From contig CM119264.1 of assembly GCA_051294375.1 (NCBI GenBank), forward strand, positions 13,919,323 through 13,983,322: a stretch of DNA of 64,000 nucleotides. The letters run 5' to 3'. A program made the translations under genes and the position numbers. This DNA is from Paraspadella gotoi (lineage: Eukaryota; Animalia; Chaetognatha). Of this stretch, positions 53,107-64,000 are shown piece by piece (position 1 is the stretch's first letter; every line of letters starts with the position of its first letter). The notes under the pieces are model-generated. The model was not told the origin of the DNA. It worked only from the letters and a program-made list of their open reading frames with translations, and made no database searches.

Positions 53107-53174
<68 letters not shown>

Positions 53175-54250
53175 GAGAAAGAGATAAAGAGAGAGAGAGA
53201 GAATGAGTGACCCGAAAACAGAGGAACCGAGTTGAATCTCTGTTCGAAATTCGTTTTTCTCTTTCTTTCTCTTTCTCTTTTTGTCACTGTCTCCGTCGTT
53301 GCATTTATTTCGTTGACTTTCCTTTCTCGTTCCTCCTTCTTTCCTCCTTCTTTCCTCCTCTTTCCTTTTTCCCACGCGTCAAGCAAAACCTGATAAGCGT
53401 CCGGTCAATATTCGTGTAACGATATCGACTCGATATTTTTTTTTGGGGGGGGGAAAACGATAAATAGATTTGACTCGTGATACGCGGATTATTTTTCTCA
53501 AAGCAAAAAGAACGAAATAAACGTGTCAGTCTGTTAACAAACTTAACGATATTATAATTTCCTTGGCTTAAAGCGGTCAGAGAAAAAACCTGCTATTAGG
53601 TTCTTTTCCCGTCATTAGTTCGAGGAGAGAAGAGGAAATTTGGCACGGGGAGATGAGAAACGGAGATGAAATGTTCACCATTATGTCCGTCGCTTTCACC
53701 CAAAGGTGAGGAATCAACGCAGGATTTTCACTCCTTATTGAATAGTGAATACATGTGAACTTAAATCAGAACTCTAAATAAAAAGAGAGTGGGTGAAAAA
53801 TTAAATGAATGTATAATATTAAGGCTTTTTTTGTTGCAAAATTAGGAGCATAATTGAAGGGGAAAAAAAATCCTTCTGAAAATTGTTTTATGAAATTAAA
53901 ATCCAAGCCACAACGTATATAGAGAAGGTGGCGAAACGACGCATAATTAAAGATTAATAAACTAATGAACAAAAACAAAATTAATGAAATTTTCACCGTG
54001 TAGGTGTTAATACACTCTCGTCCGTGCGGAATTGCGTGTGCTTCTTAATCAGTGCTTCCGTATTTGCCCACGACGTCGATGAAAACGACAACGACGACGA
54101 CGATGACAACGACGATGATCTTTCTCATCTTTCCATTTCAATTCTTTTTACGGACGACATGAATCCGCAGCCAATATCGATCGGTAACCTCTGCGTTCGC
54201 CCGCTCACGCGCCCACACTTTCCTTTCTCTATGCACTTCCACTTATTCAC

Positions 54251-54345
54251 CTTCCTTCCCTGCTTCCTTCCCTGCTTCCTTCCCTGCTTCCTTCCCTGCT
54301 TCCTTCCCTGCTTCCTTCCCTACTTCCTTCTCTACTTCCTTCCCC
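54251..54345 (+). repeat. 12-bp tandem repeat (CTTCCTTCCCTG)n
   Basis: About 7-8 units, giving FLPC repeats in the ORF track. Confidence 0.85.
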
Positions 54346-57300
54346 ATTTCCCTCTCATCCTTTCCTCATCATTTTCTTTTTCTTTCTATTAAAGTCCCTT
54401 TCCTCCTTTTCCCCGTTAACCCTGCCTTCCAATTCTCGTCTCCCCCTGTCCAAGTTTTTCTCAATCCCTTCTTTCAAATTCCACGTATTGAATCCACATT
54501 CCACAATGTTTATCGGTCTCTCGAAAACCTGTCTGACTGACTGACTAAATGGCCTAATGGCAGATTGAAGTTAAATTTGAACGACAGTTGAATCGTCGGT
54601 AGGGTGAGTTTCTTCGAGACAAGCGGCGAGACTCACTCACTCGTTCAAGTTACCTTGGTTGCCTCAGCCGTTCTCGTCACGCACCTTACCAATGTCACTC
54701 ACCTTCGTCATCGTCATCGTCGCCGTCGCCGTCGTCGTCGTCGTCGTTCTCGCTCATTCTCAGTTCGAGTCAGTTCTCTCTCACCTTCGCGCGCCTCAGC
54801 CTAGTAAAGTCTAACCCGAAGCGACCTTACCGTCATGGGACCAACCCAAAACATTCCGGTCTTCGCCCAACCTTTCCCTCCGCCTTTTCCTCCGCCCTTC
54901 AACTCATGCTGCTCCTTCCACCCCTCTTTTTTTTCCTCCCTCGCCTCCTCCTTCGTCTCTTTCTCTTCTTTCACGATCTTTTCATCTTCTTCTTCTTCCT
55001 CCTTCTCTTCTTCTTCCACCTCCTCTTCCTAGTCGAGCCTGGGAAAAGATTTCCTCTCAGCAAACGCCGATTACGCACGTGTTTGAGAGTCGAACCGTCA
55101 CGTGTTTGAGTGTCGAACCGTCGCCGTCGGGGGGAAAAACCTAGCGTCGATTGAAAGAGTTGTTTCGTCTTTCTTCGTTTTGTTTCGGCTCGGATCTGCC
55201 AAACTTTGTTATTCCCTTTTGGTTATTTTTGAAATCATTGTCTCTTTTAATTTTAATTGTTAATTTTCATATTTCGATAAACCACACCCTAGTCTGCTTC
55301 TCAGGACTCTTTCATAAACTCAATTTCCGGCGCGGTAGTGAACTCAGCAGTCGTAATTTGGTATTGATTAAAGTTTTAACCGTAGGACAATCGTCATTTG
55401 ACAAAAACAACTAAAGAAAATTATCTCATGGCCTCAAAAGCTATAAAAACATTCAAAGAAGGCCACAATATATTGTGATAAATGTGCTCAACGGTGAGTA
55501 ATATCATTTTTTTTAAATTATTTGTAGTCACCTGTAAACTGTGGCAACAGCAAAGAAAAAACGTATCTCTGACCCTCAGACTGCGAGACCTGATTTCGTT
55601 ATTTCGCTTTTTATTTCTATTTCCTTTTCTTCTTTTTTTTTAGCCTTTGACCGAAAATCGGAGAAAGCAAGACAGACATAGAGATAGAAAGAAAGAGAAA
55701 GGGTGAGTGGGAGATAGACATAGAGAGGCACATATATAGAGAGAGAGAGACATGGGGGTGAGAGGCAACATTTCTTTCAAGGTTTAAGGCCGAGGGTCAA
55801 AACCTCAGCCAAAGAGAGGAAAAGGAAAAAAAAAGAAATGAAAGAAGAAAAAAGACACGTGAATGAAAAGGAAGTAAAAAAAAAAGAAAGAAAAAACGAA
55901 GAAAAAAATATCAAAAGAAGAAAAAAAGAGAAAAGAAACTCGTCTTTTCGGCCGTTGTCAATCCGTCCATCGTCCATCCGTCCGTCCTTACCTCTAATCA
56001 CGTCTCGACCTGCCTGATTTCCTTTGTCCATCCCCCTCGTACTATTTATTCTTTCATCGAAAGCCTTCGTCTTATGTCCGAATCGCATTCATGCTTTTTG
56101 CTAAAGCTTTATCTCCCACGCCTTTACATTATTCTTTCCCTAATCCCTCTTTTCCATCCCTTTTAAATTATTTTCTATGAGACATGTTAGGATCCATTGA
56201 TGAGTCTTAATATTTCAGCCTTGATTCCATTCCGCTCCCCCCCCCCGGTGTAGGGAGAGTCTTCTTTAGCCTTTTCTTTTTATTCAACGGACAACACCCC
56301 GCCTTTTCTCTGCACTTCCCCCTCAGGCTAGAGTTGCCTTTTTNNNNNNNNNNNNNNNNNNNNNNNNNNNNNNNNNNNNNNNNNNNNNNNNNNNNNNNNN
56401 NNNNNNNNNNNNNNNNNNNNNNNNNNNNNNNNNNNNNNNNNNNNNNNNNNNNNNNNNNNNNNNNNNNNNNNNNNNNNNNNNNNNNNNNNNNNNNNNNNNN
56501 NNNNNNNNNNNNNNNNNNNNNNNNNNNNNNNNNNNNNNNNNNNNNNNNNNNNNNNNNNNNNNNNNNNNNNNNNNNNNNNNNNNNNNNNNNNNNNNNNNNN
56601 NNNNNNNNNNNNNNNNNNNNNNNNNNNNNNAACTGCACGCACATCGTACCTGATGAGGAAGCGTTACAAAAAAATATATACGTGTATAGGTTTAACAAGT
56701 ATATCAAGAATGTTTCAATGAATATTCGATATCCACTCACATCCTAATTCTAATTTTAGTAATTATGTTAAGTATTTTTTTATTGTTTATGTATGATAAA
56801 AGTTTCTATCATTCTTTGATTTCTCTTTTGGTGAGGTTGAGTCTCCTGCGATGGTAGAATGAAAAACGATAAGGACATCCAGCTTCCACGACGGCACACA
56901 TCTGGCGTGCCAGAATCCGAGTGGTTTTGCTCTGGTGTACGAGACGCCATTGGGTAATTTTTGCGTCAGTTTGTGAAAAGGTTTCACCAAAATATCGGTA
57001 GGTTCTCGAATTATTAANNNNNNNNNNNNNNNNNNNNNNNNNAGGGTGCTTTCTGTCTGTCACTGTCTCTGTCTCTGTTCTCTTTGCGGATCTTCTCATT
57101 AGTCTCTGTCTCTCTGCTCTCTCTTTCCCTTTGTCTCTTCTTCTTCTTTCTTTCTTCCTCTTTTTTACCGCTACTCTCCCCCCCTCGCTGTCTCCTCTTT
57201 GCCCCTCCCATCTGCGTCCTCATCTCTCTCTTCTACTCTCTCCGTCTATCTTCGCTCTCTCTCTCTCTCTCGCTCCTCGTCTTGAGTATAAGAAGCATGT

Positions 57301-60300
57301 TTACTTTTTTGACATAAAAGGTAGTTGTAGGATGACGCCAACATAATTTTTTATATAGCGTGCCCGAGAGAGCGCGTATCATGGTAATGTCATGTCATTC
57401 ACAGTCCATTTGATCATGATGGTCCGGATTATCCATTCTCTTTGTGAAGCGATCTCGTCAGCTTCTTCATAACACCAAATTTTCAGGTTCGTTATCGGTA
57501 ATTCGGACTCGTCGATGAAATAAAAAGAGCGTGGCTTCTCTATTCCAATCTTCTCCCGATCTTCTGCTTGAGTCGGCTGCTTCTCGTCAGCGGTGCCTCG
57601 CTCAGTGGTCATCTTCAACTCTCTTCCGATCATCGTTGGGCAGAATCATAAACTAGCGTTCCAAAATGGACTCGTTCTCACCGAGCTGCGCAGGGATCCT
57701 GTCATTTCCCTCTCGCCATTTATCGTCTCTTTTGCCACTCGGATAACCTGCCGTGCGACTGCCTCTCTCCTCAAAGGCTCTTTTTGATTTTTACCATTTC
57801 GCTTCTTTCCTAGAGTTTACTGCATAACGTTGTTGCGCAATTTTCTCCACCTGCACGCGGATTTTCCCGGATAATGGTATTCACAGGGACCGCCAGAGAA
57901 CCCCCAATTCAATACGACTCAATTTTCCTATAATTTGCTGTGACTTCAGGAAGCAGCGGTTCTCGATTCAGTAAGCTCTGAGATCATTCTGCTGTTTGGG
58001 AATCCTTCCATTCTGGGATTGCTGCCCAGTAGAGGGCCGGCTTATCACACACCACAAGCTCTTTATATTTCGCCGTGTCACATCCAGCAGACATTAACTC
58101 CGCACTTTTGTTTGGTACAGTATTTCTCATAAAATGCAAATAGATACTGCTCCTCTCTCTCTCTCTCTCTCTTCGGGATCTATCTTCATCTCATCTCTCT
58201 CTACGATGAAATAAAATATGAGCGTTTTAATTTCAATTTCTTTTTCAAATGCACGAGAAAAAGCTGGGCCCACAGAGAATGCCATAGCGTGGCATCATGA
58301 ATATTAGTCTTTCTCTCGTTCTTGATTCTCTTTCTACCATGTCTCTCTCTCTCTGCGTACTGATCCCAAGAGTGCCGTTCGTTGCCTATACCTCCGGTCT
58401 CCCGTCTCTCTCGTCTCTCTGGACAGAGAGTCCTCGGCCGCGTGCGTTCTCTCGTCTGCCTAGTTATTCTCTCTATCCATCTGCTCTCGTCTCCGGGATA
58501 GATCAGCACGCTTTTATCAAACTAGTAATTTGAAAAACGGTAACCCTAGTCAGAGTTGGAAGCGGACTTCTTGTGTTTTATTACTTGCCATCCATCTTCT
58601 GCGTATCGGATTTCCCCTTTTTTCATTTATTCTTTGAATGGCTCTCCCGTCTCTTATATTTCCGAGGCCCTGCAGCTCTTGCCACCTTTTTTTTTTATCC
58701 AGGACCTCTGATTTGTCCTTTTCTCTTTCTCCGCTTCAAAAGTGCCAATATAGGTCCAATCTTTCGGTGTAAGGCAAAAGGAACGAACAGTCTCGTAAAA
58801 AAGTCACATGTTAAAACACGATTAAAGTGGAAGAAAAGGCGTTATAGGCGATGTAAGAAAGAGTGAAAGGAAAATGCGAAACAGAAGCTGCAAAGTGAAC
58901 TTGAGAGCGAAATGTGACCGTTGAGAGACGGTTGTAGGACCGAGCTTGAGGAGTTAAAAGGAGAATCGATGAAGATAGAGGGTAGCGAGGAGGAGCGGCG
59001 GAAAGGGAGGAAAGAAAGAAAGAAGGAGAGGAAAGAGGGAAAAAGAGAGCGGAGGTGGAGGGGAGAGTAAGGAAGATGCAGAAGATGGAAAGAAGGAAGA
59101 AGAAGAAAGAAGGGAGGAAGAAGGGATAAAAGGGAGACGGAGGTGGTAAGGAGTGAGATAAGATAGTGGCGATGGTGTGAAGAGTAAGAAAGAAAGAAGA
59201 AAAGCAAAAGAAGATGAGAGAGACGAGAAGGAGAGGATTAGGAGGATGGAAGAGAAAAGGAGGAGGTGTGTTTTTTTTTATTTGGAGGAGAGAGCAGGTG
59301 TGAAGAATTGTAATTCAGAGAATCGAGACAGGTCGGAGCACGGAGACCTGGGAGAGAAAAGAGAGAAAGAAGAGAGGAGAAGGAGAGAGAGAGAGACGAG
59401 GAGGAGAGAGAGAGAGAGAGAGAGAGAACGCAGAGAGAGAGAGAGTGAGAGAGAGAGAGAGAGGTACATGTCTGACAAAAAGTACAGATAAGGGAGAACA
59501 GGACAGACAGACACAGCAGTATGAACGCCGATCCAAATAAAGGCGCGAGTTTGAACGCCGTATGAAGAGGGACAGTGTTGAGACGTGCGCCCCAGGGTCG
59601 TCTATTTCTGTTCACCGTGAAAACTGATCTTTTTCGTTCCTCTGTTTGGGGAATCCCTCCGTCCGGTCACAGGTTGTCGTAAAAAAAAAATCCTAGTAAG
59701 GGAGGGACGATGACGAATGAGGAGTAGATGATGGAGAGAAAGTGAGAACAAGGAGAGGAAGGAATGATGGATCGGCTGAGACGCATCTGCGGTTGGCAGC
59801 GCCGCCTCAAGAAAAACAAACGACGATCGAAGATTCGATCTTTGCCTTTTCGCGTCGTCCGAGGGCGAAAACGCTTTCGGTTCTCGGGGGGGGGGAATGT
59901 AAAAGAATTTTTGGTCTCACTTGTCCCATTTCCATTTGAGACAACTTAACATCACATCTCTCCACCCCATATTTCACCTTTCAATGGCGCATCCCCTGAC
60001 CCAATATCTCACTCCTCTATCTCACGCTCCCCCTCCCCTCACTCTCATCTCTCCATTTCTCTCTTCTGTTTTCGACACGAACCCTTGATCGCAGACACGC
60101 GCCGTCGGCATACTTTTGGACGGCACAGATGGATGGAAATCTTTTTTTTATTGGATTAAATATAACTAATTACCTACTATAGTTTAGCAGGTAATATATT
60201 AGAAATAAGCCAGAGAAAATTAAGGTCCATTTCATAATTTTCAAAGTTAAAAAAAATCTATTACTATTAAATCTTTTCTTTGAGTATGAATTTACGCCAG

Positions 60301-62101
60301 TAAAAATTCTTAATATATTTATTTCTGTTTTCTCTGCCGTTTTTTCACTGTGCTGTCGATTAGAACTATCTTTTGTCGCTTTTCCCATGATTAGAGCCCT
60401 AATGCAATTCCGGTGATAAGCGCCGTTATGCGACACCATGATTAGGGCCATAATGCAACGCAGATGATAAGCGATTTGATGAATGTTCTAACTTGAAGAA
60501 AAAAAAAACATTTGACCTTCGTTCCCAGCCGTTTCGTAAAACGGCGTTATGAAAGTCTGTCATCGCTTCAATGACCATTTTTTACCGCCAATTCTTCGTT
60601 CCTTCTACCATTGTATCTGCCATCTCTTTCGCTAACGCTACCTTGCCATCGCTTACTCCATCACTATCGCCATCACTCCTGCCAACACTAATGCCAAAGC
60701 GTCCGTCATGCTTTAACTTTAACTTTAACTTTAAGTCTTGATATCACGTCTGTTAGCTCAGCCCCTTCTACGATCGCTTAGCGCCATATTTCAGCGTCAT
60801 CGCTTTCGCCATCTTTCTGCGTTCGTCATTTCCGGTCTAATGCCGACGCGGCAACAATGTGTTCAGCGCGTGCGAATTCGCCTTCCCTCCCCCCNNNNNN
60901 NNNNNNNNNNNNNNNNNNNACCAACGATAGGAGAGAGAGACGAGGAGAGCAGTGATGAGAGAAGAGACGAGATGAAGAGAGCGACGAGACGACGAAGGAG
61001 CGAGACGATCGAGAGAGAGAGCCAAGAGACGAGAGGCGCACCTGATTCCTCGTCACGCTGGAAATTATGGTGATTCTGAGCGGCTCAGATACAACGCGAA
61101 ATAAATTTCTTTCTCGTGCTAAAGTGAGGCAAATGCATTTTAGATTGTTTACCTGTTTCTTTCCTCATGTCTCAATGTACCTAGTTTTTTCGATTTTTTT
61201 TTATATAAGGTTCCTGTTTTTACTCCACCTAATCCTAGCTAATGATATAGCGGTAATAGTATGTCGATCGTTTCAACTTAGTGGACTGTTGTGTATATAG
61301 TTCTATATTTTTTATCTTCATCTTCTTTCACTTCTAATTTATCATTAATCTTTTATCTTTCTATCATTTCTTTCATTACTGGCGTCATTGGCTGGGAATG
61401 TGTCCTGTTTCTATCTGTCTCCTGTCTTCGCGTCCCTCTTTGAAATGCTGCCCACTCCGAGAAGCAGAGCAGAAGTATTGAGTGGGCTCCAGGGAGAAAT
61501 CCGCTTGCGCTGATATGCTCGCATAAAAACAATATCGGACCATGTTGTGAGCGAGGCATCTCGGTCTCTAGGGGAATACAGAAGAGATAAAACCCTCAGC
61601 TGGAGTTGGACAGTTGAGATTTCTCAAAAAAATATGAAGAATACCCAACAGACAAGGAAGGATTTAGGAATTGACTCCACGACTTCCACTGGAAAAGAGT
61701 TCAAGTTATCGAGAACCAGCGATCAATTAGCGTCCGAATCCCAGTTTCATGCAGTGAATATGATACTCTGTCACATTTTTCTCTAATATATTTTTGGTTC
61801 ACTTGCCATATTTCGCTCTTTCCCGAGATTTCTGTTTTATTTTCCTTTTCTTATTCATTGATCATATCTTGTTCTTTCTCCTTTCTGTACGGCGTTTACA
61901 ATATAACCACCTTTAATCTCAATACCTTCCTGTGCTATCTCGCCCCATCCTTACTTCGTGTCTGCTCTCCAAACGTGTGTGCAGCGACCTTCCTTTATGC
62001 GCTTTCTCCGTTTGTCCCTAATGCCATTCAAACGTGCGAGTCGCGGGAATGATTTCATCTCTCTCTCTCTCTCTCTCTCCTCGTCTCTCTCCCTCCTCTC
62101 T

Positions 62102-62132
<31 letters not shown>

Positions 62133-64000
62133 TCTTCTCTCTCTCTCTTCTCTATGGGCCTATAATGATCGTAAATCAACACACCGGTTAAGAAAAATAA
62201 GCGATGAAGCGTTATTTGAATCAATCTATTAATAATATCCTTTACGTTATCTCACCACAGAGATTCAGTCCGGGTCAACAATTATCATCATACATTATCG
62301 TCGGTCGTCGTGATCTTCGTCGTTCGTACGTCATCCTTCACCTGGATTCCTGGCTTTTCAATGAATTCGAGATTTGTTTTCGGACGGCCACGAGAAGGAT
62401 TCCATTGAGCGATCGCTGGCGCGTGACTGTCGCTGCAGGTAAGCGCCGCCTTGTATCTACAGCGGCGGGAAGTCCGCCTGTGGCTGCCTGCTACGCGCAT
62501 CGGCAGCAGAGGCCGGGATGGAGCGTCGCCTGCGCTCGCCAGTGGAGAGAGCCGACGCCGCTCGGACGAGGCACTCCGCAAGCCGGCTCGAAGCGAGAGC
62601 GGTACCGCGGCGACAGGAGAGAGATAAGTTTTGAAAGTCAATTTCGGGCCAGCGCAGCGCGAAAGCGACTAAGTCGAGCCCGTCCAGGGCGACGGGTTCT
62701 GGCAATTTGGACCGCGGGCGCCGCAATTAAATGGGTCCGGCCACAGGTCAGCTGGATGTTAGAAGGTCCCGGGTTTTAGCACCTTTAACCGCGAGGAAGG
62801 AGAGCAAGAATTTGGACGGCCAGAAAGTGAAGAGATAAGTAAAGATGGTAAAACTTGACTGCTCACCGCGAGACTGAGCGCAGAGAGACGCCGGTTTACG
62901 TCGAAAGTGTGCACGCGTAATAACATATTTTCTTGCGACTTTGTGTTAGTCTAGGTGTGTATGTAGTTCTCCGTGCGCTTTCTGCTGGCAATGGGCCTCG
63001 GGCACTTCCGATGTGAGTATTTTAATTAAACCCTTGATCAGTATTTTGTTATGCGGGAGTCATGGTCATCTGTTTGCTGGTTTGAGAGGGTGCCGCTTGC
63101 TGCATATACGGCACAGGACTGGGTGCGGTGAAGCCGAATGATGACAAGGGGACATGCAATATGCGGCGCGCGAAGGGGGAGCGGAAAGGCGATGCGTGTT
63201 CGGAGCGCACGCGGTGCCGGGTCTGTACAAGCGACGGCAGACTTGTCGTTCGCGCGCGTTCGGCATTAGACGGAATATTGGATAGATTGGCAGCGACACG
63301 CAGACTTTATGATGGGTGCAAGTCTCTGGCTATGACTCGAACTCGTGGAATTCCTGATGGGTGCGCTCTCAAAGACTCTATCGTAGAGAGCGCGGGCTTC
63401 CACTGAGCTAACAGGATCGTGATCATCGAGCTCTTCTCAAAGGTTAAGTGTATTAACGCTCCTGAGAGCATATGACGTGGGTTACGCTCTTGCGTGCAGA
63501 GCGTCCTAGGATGTGTCCGTATAAGGCGAGAGAAAAGTAAACTCGTATGGCATCCTTTTTGCGCATAGTGATTGGTACGCGGCGAGGGTGCAGCTCGTCC
63601 TCCATGACTCGGGCGTAACTCTCTGACCTGGAGGTGAGAGGCTGGTCTAGCGCAAAAAGAGATGGTTCGAGACTGGACATGATGTGTTGCATAGAAGGAG
63701 GCGAAGAATTTGAGGGCTCTCCAAGGACGGTAAAGAGCCTCTCCGGTGCAAGGCTATGAAGCAGATGACCGTGTGAAGTTCATAAACGCCGTTTATACGA
63801 CACTCGGCTGCGGAGATGAAACGGTCAAAGTTATGTGAACTGCCTCATTACTCTGAAAGGTCAGGATCGTATACTACATCCAGACGCTTGTTAACAACAA
63901 AGCCGGACCTGTGGCTTTCGTTTTTGTATGCTCATTCTTCTTTACTCAGTCTAACGTGCTGGTTTTGGGGTGAGAGTACGGACGATTTACATTTTGCCCC

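Noticed and set aside
57379-57633. IS630/Tc1-like transposase fragment (FYFIDES)
   Set aside because: A single short motif in an 84-aa ORF in apparently low-quality sequence, with no further DDE residues or terminal repeats.

Overview
Eukaryotic, most likely animal (intracellular lipid-binding protein genes, GT/GC-AG introns), AT-rich genomic DNA. It is dense in (AG)n/(CT)n, (GGAA)n and (TCG)n microsatellites and has ten N-gaps. Nearly all ORFs in the supplied track are microsatellite or low-complexity artefacts. Three real spliced genes can be built by hand. (1) A two-coding-exon 2'-5'-oligoadenylate-synthetase (OAS)-like nucleotidyltransferase on the minus strand, join(16548..16321,15866..14835), 419 aa. 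It has an intact GG-x11-DVD...D catalytic signature and a ~130-aa C-terminal extension I do not recognise; this is the most interesting locus. (2,3) A tandem pair of four-exon, 143-aa FABP/CRABP-like genes on the plus strand at 44072-45230 and 45534-46287, the second apparently using a GC-AG intron. The first 13 kb is a 4,772-bp tandem duplication (two copies plus a degraded partial third), possibly an assembly artefact, and each full copy carries a ~410-bp foldback/MITE-like element. There are also two minisatellite arrays (47-bp with a 7-mer higher-order repeat; 36-bp palindromic), a 50-bp-arm hairpin and an inverted dispersed repeat. No rRNA, tRNA, CRISPR array or intact transposase/RT could be supported.
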